Source of the DNA: Macrostomum lignano | Lineage: Eukaryota | NCBI GenBank assembly: GCA_002269645.1 | Contig: NIVC01001230.1 | Coordinates: forward strand, 1 to 64,000 | Reading direction: 5' to 3' | Length of the DNA: 64,000 nucleotides | Part shown: positions 1 through 25,641 of the stretch, one piece after another | Layout of the letters: every line of letters starts with the position of its first letter | Position numbering within the stretch: position 1 is the first letter of the stretch | Program-made: the position numbers and the translations under genes | The notes under the pieces: model-generated | What the model saw: only the letters and a program-made list of their open reading frames with translations | Databases searched by the model: none | What the model was told of the DNA's origin: nothing

Positions 1-438
1 GAGAGAGACAAGAAGGCATGATATTGGGATTTTATGCTAAAAAATGACTAATTCCTATGCATACGAGCTAGATAGCTTACGAGTATCAAAACCGTCCTGA
101 GAAACTCAAGGTCTCGTTGGTTGCAGAAACTTCAGCAGTCCTCGACTGCTATTGCCGTGCTGAACTCAACTGCTTTTCAATTATTTATTGATGACTGAAG
201 GCTTCAGTTTGTGCTTGGCTACTCTTCAGGTTTGAGAAGCTTTCTATAGCCAAATCTTTTTTGAATTTCTGGTTCTTTAACTTACTCGTTAGAATTTGTT
301 TGGAGGAAATTTCCTGCAGAAAAGTGGTTCTCTTTTGATGAGCTGTCAATGTTGTCAAAAACTGATCAATTCAGGATAAGTTGGTGTGGTGGCGCGGGGC
401 CTCATTAACAGTCATATTAATCCAACTGATCACGGCAG

Positions 439-13408
<12,970 letters not shown>

Positions 13409-14384
13409 GCTGGGGCAACCCGGTCCGCTGCAGTCAGCACTGTGCGCGAATTCAAACAATACTTGATTTTTTTCAACTTGAAGATTCAAACTGAAGCCAT
13501 GCAGTCTCCTCTCTTCCCCTCTTCGTGCTGTTGGCGAGTTTTTCAGCTCAATTGTTCCCCCGAGACCCGCGGATGCCTCATCCAGGTAGCAACCAGCACG
13601 CGCCAGGCTTTGCCTTCCCCAAGCAGATTTTTCCTCTCACTTTGCTTTAGCTTGGGTCACGGACTGCCCCTCTGCCTTTGTAGCAAATAATGCACTTCTC
13701 TGATCCTGCTTAAATGTTCCGCAATAACTTACAGTTTCTGTTTTAATTATTTTATTATCGCACATCTGGTCAGCTGTTAATCCGATTTTATTTTATTCTT
13801 TTTTTGTTAAAATCTGAAACCTCGGAATTCGGTTCTCCCTGGTCAATGCACTGAGTAACCGTTTTTGCCTATATATGCATATGATCTTTGAAATATGGAT
13901 TATTACAAACTTTTACTTCTTATTATGAACTCCTTATATCTATATTTACAGGCTAATTTTTGCTTTACTTTTTCTTTTTCATTAAAGCTTGAGACACATT
14001 TTATCTATCAAAATGCTGGATATTTTTTTATTCTGTTTATTGGCAATATGATTTTGAGAAACAATATAATGCAAAAGCATTAAATATACAAATTAGAGAA
14101 TATCAATTTCTTAAGCCAGCTTAAAAACTTTATTTTATCAGCTCATCCGAAAGTCGAGTTACTAATAGGCGAACTTCTGAATGAAGCACAGGGCAGAAGC
14201 TGCAAAAGGTTTATCGCTACTAAATATCTCCGTATGCACGCGAAGCCTTCTCGTGCAAACAACTGGACGCGAGTTGAACAAAATATAAACAAAATCCACG
14301 ACTGCATGCAGAAGTGATTACTTTAAGTATGCTCTCCCATCTAAACTATTAGAATTCCTTCTCACCTCTTTTATCAGGCATTTC

Positions 14385-16790
14385 TCTTCTAATCCCTTCT
14401 CACCCTGATCCATTCTCACTCTAGTCCCTTCTCAACCTAATCCCTTCTCACTCTGATCCCTTCTCACTCTGATCCATTCTCACTCTGATCCATTCTCAAC
14501 CTAATCCCTTCTCAACCTAATCCCTTCTCACTCTAGTCCCTTCTCACTCTGATCCATTCTCACTCTGATCCATTCTCAACCTAATCCCTTCTCAACCTAA
14601 TCCCTTCTCACTCTAGTCCCTTCTCACTCTGATCAATTCTCACTCTGATCCATTCTCAACCTAATCCCTTCTCAACCTAATCCCTTCTCACTCTAGTCCC
14701 TTCTCAACCTAATCCCTTCTCAACCTGATCCCTTCTCACTCTAGTCCCTTCTCAACCTAATCCCTTCTCACTCTGATCCCTTCTCACTCTGATCCATTCT
14801 CAACCTAATCCCTTCTCAACCTAATCCCTTCTCACTCTAGTCCCTTCTCACTCTGATCCATTCTCACTCTGATCCATTCTCAACCTAATCCCTTCTCAAC
14901 CTAATCCCTTCTCACTCTAGTCCCTTCTCAACCTAATCCCTTCTCAACCTGATCCCTTCTCACTCTAGTCCCTTCTCACTCTGATCCATTCTCACTCTGA
15001 TCCATTCTCAACCTAATCCCTTCTCAACCTAATCCCTTCTCACTCTAGTCCCTTCTCAACCTAATCCCTTCTCACTCTAGTCCCTTCTCACTCTGATCCA
15101 TTCTCACTCTGATCCATTCTCAACCTAATCCCTTCTCAACCTAATCCCTTCTCACTCTAGTCCCTTCTCAACCTAATCCCTTCTCACTCTGATCCCTTCT
15201 CACTCTGATCCCTTCTCACTCTGATCCATTCTCAACCTAATCCCTTCTCAACCTAATCCCTTCTCACTCTGATCCATTCTCAACCTAATCCCTTCTCAAC
15301 CTAATCCCTTCTCACTCTGATCCATTCTCAACCTAATCCCTTCTCAACCTAATCCCTTCTCACTCTAGTCCCTTCTCAACCTAATCCCTTCTCACTCTAG
15401 TCCCTTCTCACTCTGATCCATTCTCACTCTGATCCATTCTCAACCTAATCCCTTCTCAACCTAATCCCTTCTCACTCTAGTCCCTTCTCAACCTAATCCC
15501 TTCTCAACCTGATCCCTTCTCACTCTAGTCCCTTCTCACTCTGATCCATTCTCACTCTGATCCATTCTCAACCTAATCCCTTCTCAACCTAATCCCTTCT
15601 CACTCTAGTCCCTTCTCAACCTAATCCCTTCTCACTCTGATCCCTTCTCACTCTGATCCCTTCTCACTCTGATCCATTCTCAACCTAATCCCTTCTCAAC
15701 CTAATCCCTTCTCACTCTGATCCATTCTCAACCTAATCCCTTCTCACTCTGATCCCTTCTCACTCTGATCCATTCTCACTCTGATCCATTCTCAACCTAA
15801 TCCCTTCTCACTCTGATCCCTTCTCAACCTAATCCCTTCTCACTCTGATCCATTCTCAACCTAATCCCTTCTCACTCTAGTCCCTTCTCACCTTTAATCC
15901 CTTCTCACTCTAATCCCTTCTCACTCTATTCCCTTCTCAACCTAATCCCTTCTCACTCTAGTCCCTTCTCAACCTAATCCCTTCTCACTCTGATCCATTC
16001 TCAACCTAATCCCTTCTCAACCTAATCCTTTCTCACCCTAATCCCTTCTCACTCTGATCCCTTCTCAACCTAATCCCTTCTCACTCTGATCCATTCTCAA
16101 CCTAATCCCTTCTCACTCTAGTCCCTTCTCACCTTTAATCCCTTCTCACTCTAATCCCTTCTCACTCTAGTCCCTTCTCAACCTAATCCCTTCTCACTCT
16201 AGTCCCTTCTCAACCTAATCCCTTCTCACTCTGATCCATTCTCAACCTAATCCCTTCTCAACCTAATCCTTTCTCACCCTAGTCCCTTCTAACTCTAATC
16301 CCTTCTCAACCTAATCCCTTCTCACCCTAGTCCCTTCTCACTCTAGTCCCTTCTCACCTTTAATCCCTTCTCACTCTGATCCCTTCTCACTCTAGTCCCT
16401 CCTCACCCTTAATCCCTTCTCACTCTAATCCCTTCTCACTCTAGTCCCTTCTCACCCTTAATCCCTTCTCACTCTAATCCCTTCTCAACCTAATCCCTTC
16501 TCAACCTAATCCCTTCTCACTCTGATCCATTCTCACCCTTAATCCCTTCTCACTCTAATCCCTTCTCACTCTAGTCCCTTCTCACCCTTAATCCCTTCTC
16601 ACTCTAATCCCTTCTCAACCTAATCCCTTCTCATTCTAATCCCTTCTCAGTCTAGTCCCTTCTCACCATAGTCCCTTCTCACTCTAACCCCTTCTGACTC
16701 TAGTCCCTTCTTAAACCTAATCCCTTCTTAATCCTGATCGCTTCGCCCTCTAATCCTTTCTTATTCTAGTTCACTCCCCTAATCCCTTTC
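14385..16790. repeat. 16-bp pyrimidine-rich satellite (CCCTTCTCAACCTAAT / CCCTTCTCACTCTGAT / CCCTTCTCACTCTAGT variants), about 2.4 kb
   Basis: Direct observation; several variant units are interspersed. Confidence 0.96.
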
Positions 16791-16910
16791 AGTTCTCACC
16801 ATTCACCCTAATCAATTTCCCCATTCAACTCTGGGTCGCCGCCATCCTCTCCAACCTGCACGTCCTGGTCCGAGTTCACCCTCAACAGTGTCGCAGAGCC
16901 CTGCAGCCCC

Positions 16911-17198
16911 CTAGGCCAGCTGGTTCAGCTTGCCAACCATGTTGCCAACTCGAATCACCCGCCGGGGATTCGGCGACTCGCCGGACAAAGCCGGCTGCCG
17001 CTTCTTCTTGCAGTAGCAGTAGACAATGATGGCCACGCAGAGCAGGCCGATGGAGCAGGCGATGATGAAGTAGTGCCACCACTCCAGCCTCACGCTCGGG
17101 CTGGCAGGAGTGCTGGCTGCGGCTGTCCGGGGCGCGGAGCAAGCGGCGGCGGCGGCCAGGAGCAGGCGGGCTGCTGGCGAGCGGCATCGGGCGGCCAT
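16911..17198 (-). CDS. Small single-pass membrane protein (about 95 aa from the first ATG), uncharacterised
   Basis: Signal-like LLLAAAAAC, TM helix WWHYFIIACSIGLLCVAIIVY, juxtamembrane CYCKKKR, GC-rich codon style like neighbouring genes. The N-terminus may extend further if the G homopolymer at 17226-17235 is one base off. Confidence 0.65.
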   Translation of the reverse strand: MAARCRSPAARLLLAAAAACSAPRTAAASTPASPSVRLEWWHYFIIACSIGLLCVAIIVYCYCKKKRQPALSGESPNPRRVIRVGNMVGKLNQLA

Positions 17199-17569
17199 CG
17201 GCTCAGGCTGGGCTGCAGGCGACTTGGGGGGGGGGATCGGCACCGACCCCGGAACTGCTGGGATTTTTACTGCCTCCCGCTGCCGAGCTCAGGTGCATGC
17301 GGCTGCTGCAGCCATGGCAACAGGGCGGGGGCCAATGGGGACTCTGAAAATCCGCTGTGGGGAGGCTGAATGCGCGATATAACAATGGGACTGGGGAGAG
17401 GGAAGGACGCGAGAGAAAGGAAATTGAAACACAGGGAGAGGCTGAGAGAAGAAATTGGGAATTGAATCGGGGAGATCGGATCGGGCATGGTATCTGGGAG
17501 ATGGGATCGGGGATTTGTTCGCGGAGATGGGATTGGGAATATTGGATCAGTGATTTAGTATCGGGGAAA

Positions 17570-18055
17570 TAGGATCGGGGATGGGTTTGGAGGTGGGATC
17601 GGTGAAATGGCATGGGGATGGGATCGGGGATGGGATCAGTGATATGGGATGGGAATGGGATCGGGGAGATGGGATCAGTGAGATGGGATGGGGATGGGAT
17701 CGGGGATGGGATCGGGATGGGATAGGGGATGGGATCGGGGAGATGGGATGGGGATGGGATCGGTGAGATGGGATGGGGATGGGATCGGGGATGGGATCGG
17801 GATGGGATAGGGGATGGGATCGGGATGGGATAGGGGATGGGATCGGGATGGGATAGGGGATGGGATCGGGGAGATGGGATGGGGATGGGATCGGTGAGAT
17901 GGGATGGGGATGGGATCAGGGATGGGATAGGAGATGGGATCGGGATGGGATAGGGGATGGGATCGGGATGGGATAGGGGATGGGATCGGGGAGATGGGAT
18001 GGGGATGGGATCGGTGAGATGAGATGGGGATGGGATCGGGGATGGGATCGGGGAT
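17570..18055. repeat. (GGGAT)n-like purine-rich microsatellite, G-quadruplex prone
   Basis: Runs of GGGAT/GGGGAT/GGGATC. Confidence 0.9.
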
Positions 18056-18804
18056 CTGCAGACGCGGAGATGGGTGATTGGGTCACACAGACGCAGGGGA
18101 GTGGGAACAGAAAAAGAGGAGGTCAATCGGTGGCAGAGCTTCGGTACAAGCGCCTGGACAGCAGACTGCGGCAGGAAGGCGGGGGAGGCCGCAGACAGAG
18201 GAAGTGCAGCGGCGGTGGGAGCTGCATGGCCGGAAGCCGGTCGCACTAGAAGTGAAACTGCAATAACCGGTCGCAGCTGGAGAGTCACGTGACGCAATTG
18301 TAATTCGGGTGAAGAGCGGCAGCTGGATCTCGGAACCCCCCCTCCAAAATTTGCCAATTAACGAAATTCGAGCAACTCTGTTTAGCTGGACTTTGGATGC
18401 CAAGTTGGGAGAGGACTGCTCAGTGCTCAATCAATTTGGTGATTAAAAACCACTTCTGCCTCGAAGCAGTCCGCACTGAGTACCCATTAAAGCTTTATTT
18501 GCCTTTCAATTTGAAGTAAATAAACGAGCCAGCACAGGCCATAAATTTAAAAAGAAGACAACACGACTCCAGAGCAAGGGGGAGAATTGATTAATTTTTT
18601 GAAGCACTTTCATCGTAAATTAAATGAAACTAGGACACTACTTGCGAGATCAACTACTCACAAAAGTAGACATTTAAGGGTTTTAAAATCGGACACTAAA
18701 AATACACTTCTTAGTTGAAAATGCAGGTGTGAATGCCTCAGAATCAAACACCAATTACGAGTATACTTCTAATTCCACTGAGCCACATACTACAGTTTCC
18801 GTCA

Positions 18805-19268
18805 TAGCCTCCTCATCATTCTCGGCCATCGCCATCCTCATCATTCTCGGCCATTGCCCTCCTCATCATTCTCGGCCATTGCCCTCCTCATCATTCTCGG
18901 CCATTGCCCTCCTCATCATTCTCGGCCATTGCCCTCCTCATCATTCTCGGCCATTGCCCTCCTCATCGATCTCGGCCATCGCCCTCCACATCATTCTTGG
19001 CCATCGCCCTCCTCATCATTCTCGGCCATCGCCATCCTCATCATTCTCGGCCATTGCCCTCCTCATCGATCTCGGCCATCGCCCTCCTCATCGATCTCGG
19101 CCATCGCCCTCCTCATCGATCTCGGCCATCGCCCTCCTCATCATTCTCGGCCATCGCCCTCCTAAATCATTCTCGGCCATCGCCCTCCTAAATCATTCTC
19201 GGCCATCGCCCTCCACATCATTTTCGGCCATCGCCCTCCTCATCATTCTCGGCCATCGCCCTCCTCAT
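18805..19268. repeat. 25-bp minisatellite (CCCTCCTCATCATTCTCGGCCATCG)n overlapping the endonuclease IV stop codon and 3' UTR
   Basis: On the minus strand the unit reads GAGGGCGATGGCCGAGAATGATGAG and contains the last codons plus the TGA stop. Confidence 0.93.
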
Positions 19269-21817
19269 CCGGGTCCCGCAGCAGGTCCCGCAGCGCGGCC
19301 AGCTGCAGTCCGTACCGATCGACCCCGGGCGTCTCCAGCACCATGGGCAGCGGGCGGGCCGCGGCCGCAGCCGTGACGGCCGGGTGCCTCAGCAGCAGGC
19401 GGAAGGCCGCGGCGCCCAGCTGCCCGTCGCCGATGTCGGCGTGTCGATCGACCCGAGAGCCGAGGCCGCCGCGGGAGTCGTTGAGGTGAAGGCCGCGGAG
19501 CAGCGGCCGGTGGCCGAGGGCCTCGGCCAGCTCTGCGAAGGCGGCGTCGAGCCCGGCCCGGCAGCGGAGGTCGTAACCGTAGGCGAAGGCGTGGCAGGTG
19601 TCGATGCAGACGCCCAGCCGGCTGTCGGCGTCCGTCGCTGCTGGAAGACGGCCGCGGACGGCGGTCAGAATGTCGCCGAGCTCGGTGAAGCTGCCTCCCA
19701 GACTGCCGCCCTGCGTTTTGGAGTTGGGGATTTTTTTGCTGGATAATGGGAACAGCACGGCCTGGGGAGCCAGGCTAGAAGGGGGCGGACACTCATTCAC
19801 AGGGAACAGGGGAAGGGGGCGGACACTCGTTCACAGGTAACAGGGGAAGGGGGCGGAAACTCATTCACAGGGAACAGGGGAAGGGGGCGGAAACTCATTC
19901 ACAGGGAACAGGGGAAGGGGGCGGAAACTCATTCACAGGGAACAGGGGAAGGGGGCGGACACTCATTCACAGGGAACAGGAGAAGGGGGCGGACACTCAT
20001 TCACAGGGAACAGGGGAAGGGGGCGGACACTTATTCACAGGGAACAGAAGGGGGCGGAAACTCATTCACAGGGAACAGGGGAAGGGGGCGGGAAATCATT
20101 CACAGGGAACAGGGGAAGGGGGCGGAAACTCATTCACAGGGAACAGGGGAAGGGGGCGGAAACTCATTCACAGGGAACATGGGAAGGGGGCGGACACTTA
20201 TTCACAGGGAACAGGAGAAGGGGGCGGAAACTCATTCACAGGGAACAGGGGAAGGGGGCGGGAAATCATTCACAGGTAACAGGGGAAGGGGGCGGACACT
20301 CATTAACAGGGAACAGGGGAAGGGGGCGGACACTCATTAACAGGGAACAGGGGAAGGGGGCGGACACTCATTAACAGGGAACAGGGGAAGGGGCGGACAC
20401 TCATTAACAGGGAACAGGGGAAGGGGGCGGAAACTCATTAACAGGGAACAGGGGAAGGGGGCGGACACTCATTCACAGGGAACAGGGGAATTCCGAACTT
20501 GGGGCTCACCTGTCCTGCCGCGTTCTCCAGCACTAGGCACACGTCGGGCACTGTAGTCAGAGCCTCGGCAAGCGCATCGGCCAGACGCTCAATGGCGACC
20601 GGCCGGTCAGGATTAGCGGCACCAGCTGAGCCGGGGTGAAGATTGTACAGCTGGAGGCCCAGCCTGCGGCACCTGACGGGAATGGGAAATTGGCACTTTA
20701 AAAATTTTAAAACACCCTTTGCTGATGAATAGAAGGAATGTACACTTCTCCAGTGTCCTCTCCATCATTCACGGAGAAGGGGGGGGGGGGTTGGACACTA
20801 CCGAAAATCAAGGCGACCCTCAGCCAGCGTTGAGGCAAGCAGTTATGCCAAAAAGAGTTCGCCTACTCTTGAGTAGCAAGAAAAGAATACATTTGAATAG
20901 TTTAATAGAACTGCAAGCGCGTGTTTGTTCACAGGTAAGGTCCCGGCTCCTCGCGCGTATCGCAGGTTTGAAACTCACATTAAAGCTCAGTTTTTAGGGG
21001 AATCCCTGCTGGTTCTCCAGGGAATCCCTTCTGGTTTTCAAAGGAAATCCGTGCTGGCTCTTCAGGAATTCCTTATGGTTTTTCAAGGGAAATTCCTGCT
21101 GGCTCTTCATGGAATCCCTTCTGGTTTTTCAAGGGAAATTCCTGCTGGCTCTTCATGGAATCCCTACTGGTTTTTCAAGGGAAATCTTTGCTGGTTATCC
21201 AGGGGAAATCATCATCAGCCAGTGCACATGAACACACTGCAATGGACAGAATCGCACAGAGCAAAAATTTCCCGATTTCTACGCATTTCCAACCTGTCCA
21301 TCTCGTCGATCAAAGCCGTCAGACTGCGCCGCCTGACCTCGGCATTGGGAGAGGCACAGTTGATGAGGTAGCTGCCGTGCGGCAGCGCAGCCTCCGGCTT
21401 GAAACCGCTGCTCCGCATCGCCGACTGAAACTCGGCGGCCTCCTCAGGCAGCAGCGGCTTCGACTCCCATCGGCGCTGGTTGCGCACGAATAGCGCCAGG
21501 CTGTCAGCGCCGATTGCGCGCGCGTTAGCGAAGGCGCGGTGCAGGCCGCCGGCCACTGAGACGTGGGCGCCCAGAAGCAGCAGATCCGGCTGCAGTTTCC
21601 GCTGCATCGGAGGTTGCGGAGATGCAGCACTGGCTGCCTGTTGTTTTTGCTTTCTGGCTTTCTTCTTGTCTGGAACAGTCTTCTTTGTGTCTGCTTTTAT
21701 CTGGCGCTTGGCAGCGCTGGGAGCTGCCGCCGCTTGCTGCTGCTTCTCTGAGAGCACTGCTGTAGCAGAGGCGGAAGCAGGTCTTCTGCTTCTGAGACTG
21801 CGCGGTGTCGGCACCAT
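19243..21817 (-). CDS. apn1: AP endonuclease of the endonuclease IV family. Exons: 21817-21294, 20672-20510, 19710-19243 (N-terminus uncertain)
   Basis: [43 protein letters not shown] and VLETP motifs supply all nine Zn ligands known from the Nfo/APN1 family. Basic N-terminal extension (KKKARKQK). GT-AG junctions keep frame. Confidence 0.93.
19786..20490. repeat. 34-bp minisatellite (CACTCATTCACAGGGAACAGGGGAAGGGGGCGGA)n in endonuclease IV intron 2
   Basis: Direct tandem repeat. Confidence 0.95.
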
Positions 21818-21894
21818 GAGACAGAAAATGCAGAGAGAGTTGAACTCACAAATGCTGCAGCAGTCAGGGAAGTTCAGTTGGCTCTTTTTAGTGG

Positions 21895-22380
21895 GAGCTT
21901 AGGAGCTTAGGCTCCCATTAGGCAGTGGGCTAGTGAGCTTAGACTCTCATTAGGCATTGGGCCAGTGAGCTTAGACTCCGATTAGGCAGTAGATCAGTGA
22001 GCTTAGACTCCCATTAGGCATTGAGCCAGTGAACTTAGACTCCCATTAGGCAGTGGGCTAGTGAGATTAGACTCTCATTAGACAGTGGACCAGTGAGCTT
22101 AGACTCATTAGGTATTGGGCCAGTGAGCTTAGACTCCCATTAGGCAGCGAGCCAGTAAACTTAGACTCCCATTAGGCAGCGAGCCAGTGAACTTAGACTC
22201 CCATTAGGCAGCGAGCCAGTGAGCTTACACTCCCATTAGGCATTGGGCCAGTGAACTTAGACTCCCATTAGGCAATGGGCCAGTGAGATTAGACTCCTAT
22301 TAGGCATTGGGCCAGTGAGCTTAGACTCCCATTAGGCATTGGGCCAGTGAGCTTAGATTCACATTAGGCAGCGAGCCAAG
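21895..22380. repeat. ~32-bp minisatellite (GAGCTTAGACTCCCATTAGGCAGTGGGCCAGT)n between CWC15 and endonuclease IV
   Basis: Degenerate tandem repeat. Confidence 0.9.
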
Positions 22381-22674
22381 GGGCTAAGATGATGTCAGAC
22401 CTGAGAATGAACTAATTAATTCAAAAAGACGCAGCAGACTATCCGTTTAAACCTGCGTATATACTTACTATTAGTAGAGCAGTCAGCATTTTTCGTTCTT
22501 TAATTAAATTTATTATGAAAAATTTATTAGTACGCAAAGTATTACACATAAAACATACGCTGATTAATAGTATGCAACGCAAAGCATGAAAACTTACAAC
22601 AAATACACGAGATAGATATTATACCAAATCAGACCCGCAATTACTAGGAGGAAACGCAAATGTACTTTTACAGT

Positions 22675-24145
22675 CTATTTAATGTACTTGTCCATGAACT
22701 TCTTGTGGAATTCCGAGCGCAGCGTGTCGTTAATGAAGCTGGCCGGCCGCTGCCGACCTTCGTCATCGTCGCGGGCGCAGTTTTTAAATACGACGTCGTC
22801 GTTCCAGCGACGCTTCACTTTGAAGTCGCCGCCTCCCGAGCCGCTGGACGAGGCGCCCTGCTTGGACTTGTTAAGCAGCGGGTTGCCCTTGAGAATGTTC
22901 TCCGTGCGGATGCGCTCCTCATCTGCCTGCCGCTCAGCCTCTCTGCAGGGGAAAGGGGGAATTAGGTGACTGGAGAATGGTGAAGGGACTCTAGAAGGGA
23001 AATCCCAGCTGACTCTAGAAGGGAAATCCCAGCTGACTCTAGAAGGGAAATCCCAGCTGACTCTAGAAGGGAAATCCCAGCTGACTCTAGAAGGGAAATC
23101 CCAGCTGACTCTACAAGGGAAATCCCAGCTGACTCTACAAGGGAAATCGCAGCTGACTTTAGAAGGGAAATCCCAGCTGACTCTACAAGGGAAATCCCAG
23201 CTGACTCTAGAAGGGAAATCCCAGCTGACTCTAGAAGGGAAATCCCAGCTGACTCTAGAAGGGAAATCCCAGCTGACTCTACAAGGGAAATCCCAGCTGA
23301 CTCTACAAGGGAAATCCCAGCTGACTCTACAAGGGAATTTCCAGCTGACTCTACAAGGGAAATCCCAGCTGACTCTACAAGGGAAATCCCAGCTGACTCT
23401 ACAAGGGAAATCCCAGCTGACTCTACAAGGGAAATCCCAGCTGACTCTACAAGGGAATTTCCAGCTGACTCTACAAGGGAAATCCCAGCTGACTCTACAA
23501 GGGAAATCCCAGCTGACTCTACAAGGGAAATCCCAGCCGACTCTAGAAGGGAAATCCCAGCTGACTCTAGAAGGGAAATCCCAGCTGACTCTAGAAGGGA
23601 AATCCCAGCTGACTCTAGAAGGGAAATCCCAGCCGACCCTACAAGGACAATGCCCACGGACACTTCAAGACCCACCTGCGCGCGGCCTCCGCCTCCCGCT
23701 CGCGCCGAATCTTGGCCAGCTCGGCCATCAACTCGGCCGCTTCGTCCTCGTCGCCTTCGTCGGCGGAGTCGGCGTCCGAATCCAAGTCGGCGGCGGCCAC
23801 GGCCGCGTCGTCGGCGTCCAGGTTGGCCGGCAGCGCCGCAGCGGAGCCGTCGGTCAGGCGGGCCCGCTTCGACGACGAAGAGGAGGTCGATGGCTCATCG
23901 GCGCTGCTGCCGCCGCCGCCGCCGCCGCGATGTCGGCGCTCGCGGTCCTCCAGGTCGCGCTTGAAGTCGCGGCTGCTGACTCGGGCATCCTCGGCGGTGC
24001 CCTGGCCGTCCTGGCGGTATTTCAGGCGGGTGTGGCTGGGCAGATCGCGCGAGCTGTACTGCTTGGACTGGGCGCTCAGGTCGCGCTCGCGCATGCCCTG
24101 CCCGCCGCGGGCGGTGTCGAATGTCGGCCTGTGAGCTGTGGTCAT
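22675..24145 (-). CDS. CWC15: Spliceosome-associated protein CWC15. Exons: 24145-23676, 22942-22675
   Basis: N-terminus [15 protein letters not shown]...[16 protein letters not shown]; C-terminus NILKGNPLL...[15 protein letters not shown]...[20 protein letters not shown]. Both are hallmark Cwf15/Cwc15 segments. Confidence 0.96.
22985..23642. repeat. 24-bp minisatellite (GGGAAATCCCAGCTGACTCTASAA)n in the CWC15 intron
   Basis: Direct tandem repeat, about 27 copies. Confidence 0.96.
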
Positions 24146-24239
24146 GCCTGCTGCTGCAGCTGTGGGGGGGGGGTCGAATATTCGGTCTCGAAATCTATGG
24201 GGAAATTCTTTGCACTGGCCAACTTTCCTCATTTTAATG

Positions 24240-24330
24240 GGGGTTGTAGCCTATGGGTCTCACGACGGGAGTTCGATTCCCGACCCACTCGGAACAATTT
24301 GTGTGTCCTTGAGCAAGATAAGGACGTGCG
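24240..24330 (+). mobile_element. Possible degenerate tRNA-derived SINE head
   Basis: B-box-like GTTCGATTCCC followed by GTGTCCTTGAGCAAG, a motif I associate with tRNA-derived SINEs. No full element was traced. Confidence 0.3.
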
Positions 24331-24754
24331 CAGCCTTCAGATGCGCCGCGCAATGGCTGCGGCTGAACTGTCGGTTGCACATCTACCCATTGGGGCAGGT
24401 GAAATCAATTGCTATTTTCAAACTATTGATACAAGCAGGACCAATCAAGAAATTAGACTAAGGATTTACAAAAAATAAATAAAACCGACAAGAAAGCTCT
24501 AAAAGACAACATCCGGGTGTACACATGCTTGCGTTTATTAATCCAATAACAAATTATGGGTAAATTTAGCTTTAGGATCGATGCAGAAAGAATTTGCGAA
24601 AACTGAAAACAAACGCAAATCATTTTAATTCAATATCGACTGGTAAATCTGGGATAAGCGCTGGAGCAGAATTCAGAAATCAATTGGGTCAATCAGTTAT
24701 CGCATAAGACTGTACAGACTGACAGGCAGGCGCCGGCTGCTCAACTGTTTTAAG

Positions 24755-24830
24755 CAGCCATTTTCAGACCAGTGGCCACTCGAATTTTGTTCCGAGTTTT
24801 CGGCCAAACTGTTCGTCATTCAGAGCGCGC
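24755..24830 (-). promoter_or_regulatory. SECIS element (type II) of selenoprotein T
   Basis: Minus strand: AUGAC-GAACAGUUUGGCC-GAAAA-CUCGGA(ACAAAA)UUCGAG-U-GGCCACUGGUC-UGAA. This gives the UGAC/UGAA kink-turn core (24819-24816 and 24766-24763), helix II of about 11 bp, unpaired adenosines and an extra apical mini-stem. AATAAA lies downstream at 24534-24539. Confidence 0.85.
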
Positions 24831-24959
24831 TGTGTGAGTTCTGTTTGGTTAGAGCAGCGAGTCGCTTCTGACATTTGCATTTTATCTTAAGTAATGCAGA
24901 TTGTTCGAATGGATTTTACCTTGGATACTGCTGGATATGATATTTTTGTCGCATATTAA

Positions 24960-25480
24960 CTGGGATTTCCCTGGGATACCGAAAGGGGAATCCTTCCTGT
25001 ATAGCAACTAGGATTTCCCTTGGATACCGAAAGGGGAATCCTTTCTGTATAGCAACTAGGATTTCCCTTGGATACCGAAAGGGAAATCCTTTCTGTATAG
25101 CAACTAGGATTTCCCTTGGATACCGAAAGGGGAATCCTTTCTGTATAGCAACTAGGATTTCCCTTGGATACCGAAAGGGGAATCCTTTCTGTATAGCAAC
25201 TGGGATTTCCCTTGGATACCGATGGGTGATTTCTTTTGCATAGCAACTGAGACCCCTTAGATACCGAAAGGGGAATCCTGTCTACATAGCAACTGGGATT
25301 TCCCTTGGATGCCGATAGGAGAATCCTTTCCACATAGCAACTGGGATTTCCCTTGGATGCCGATAGGCGAATCCTTTCCACATAGCAACTGGGATTTCCC
25401 TTGGATGCCGATAGGAGAATTCTTTCCACATAGCAACTAGGATTTCACTTGGATACCAAAAGGGGAATCCTTTCCACATA
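24960..25480. repeat. 48-bp minisatellite (GGGATTTCCCTTGGATACCGAAAGGGGAATCCTTTCTGTATAGCAACT)n between the SelT stop codon and the SECIS
   Basis: Direct tandem repeat, about 11 copies. Confidence 0.93.
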
Positions 25481-25641
25481 CTAAGATTCTCTTAGAGTAA
25501 CTCAAGTAAAACTATCCAGAGCAAGTCAGATGGGAATTTCATGACAGTTAAAATAAGTAATACAGCTTTGACATAAATAAAAATGAAGAGACGAGTCATT
25601 TCGCATGCACTATGAAAAACAAAAATTAAGTTCAGTATGAA

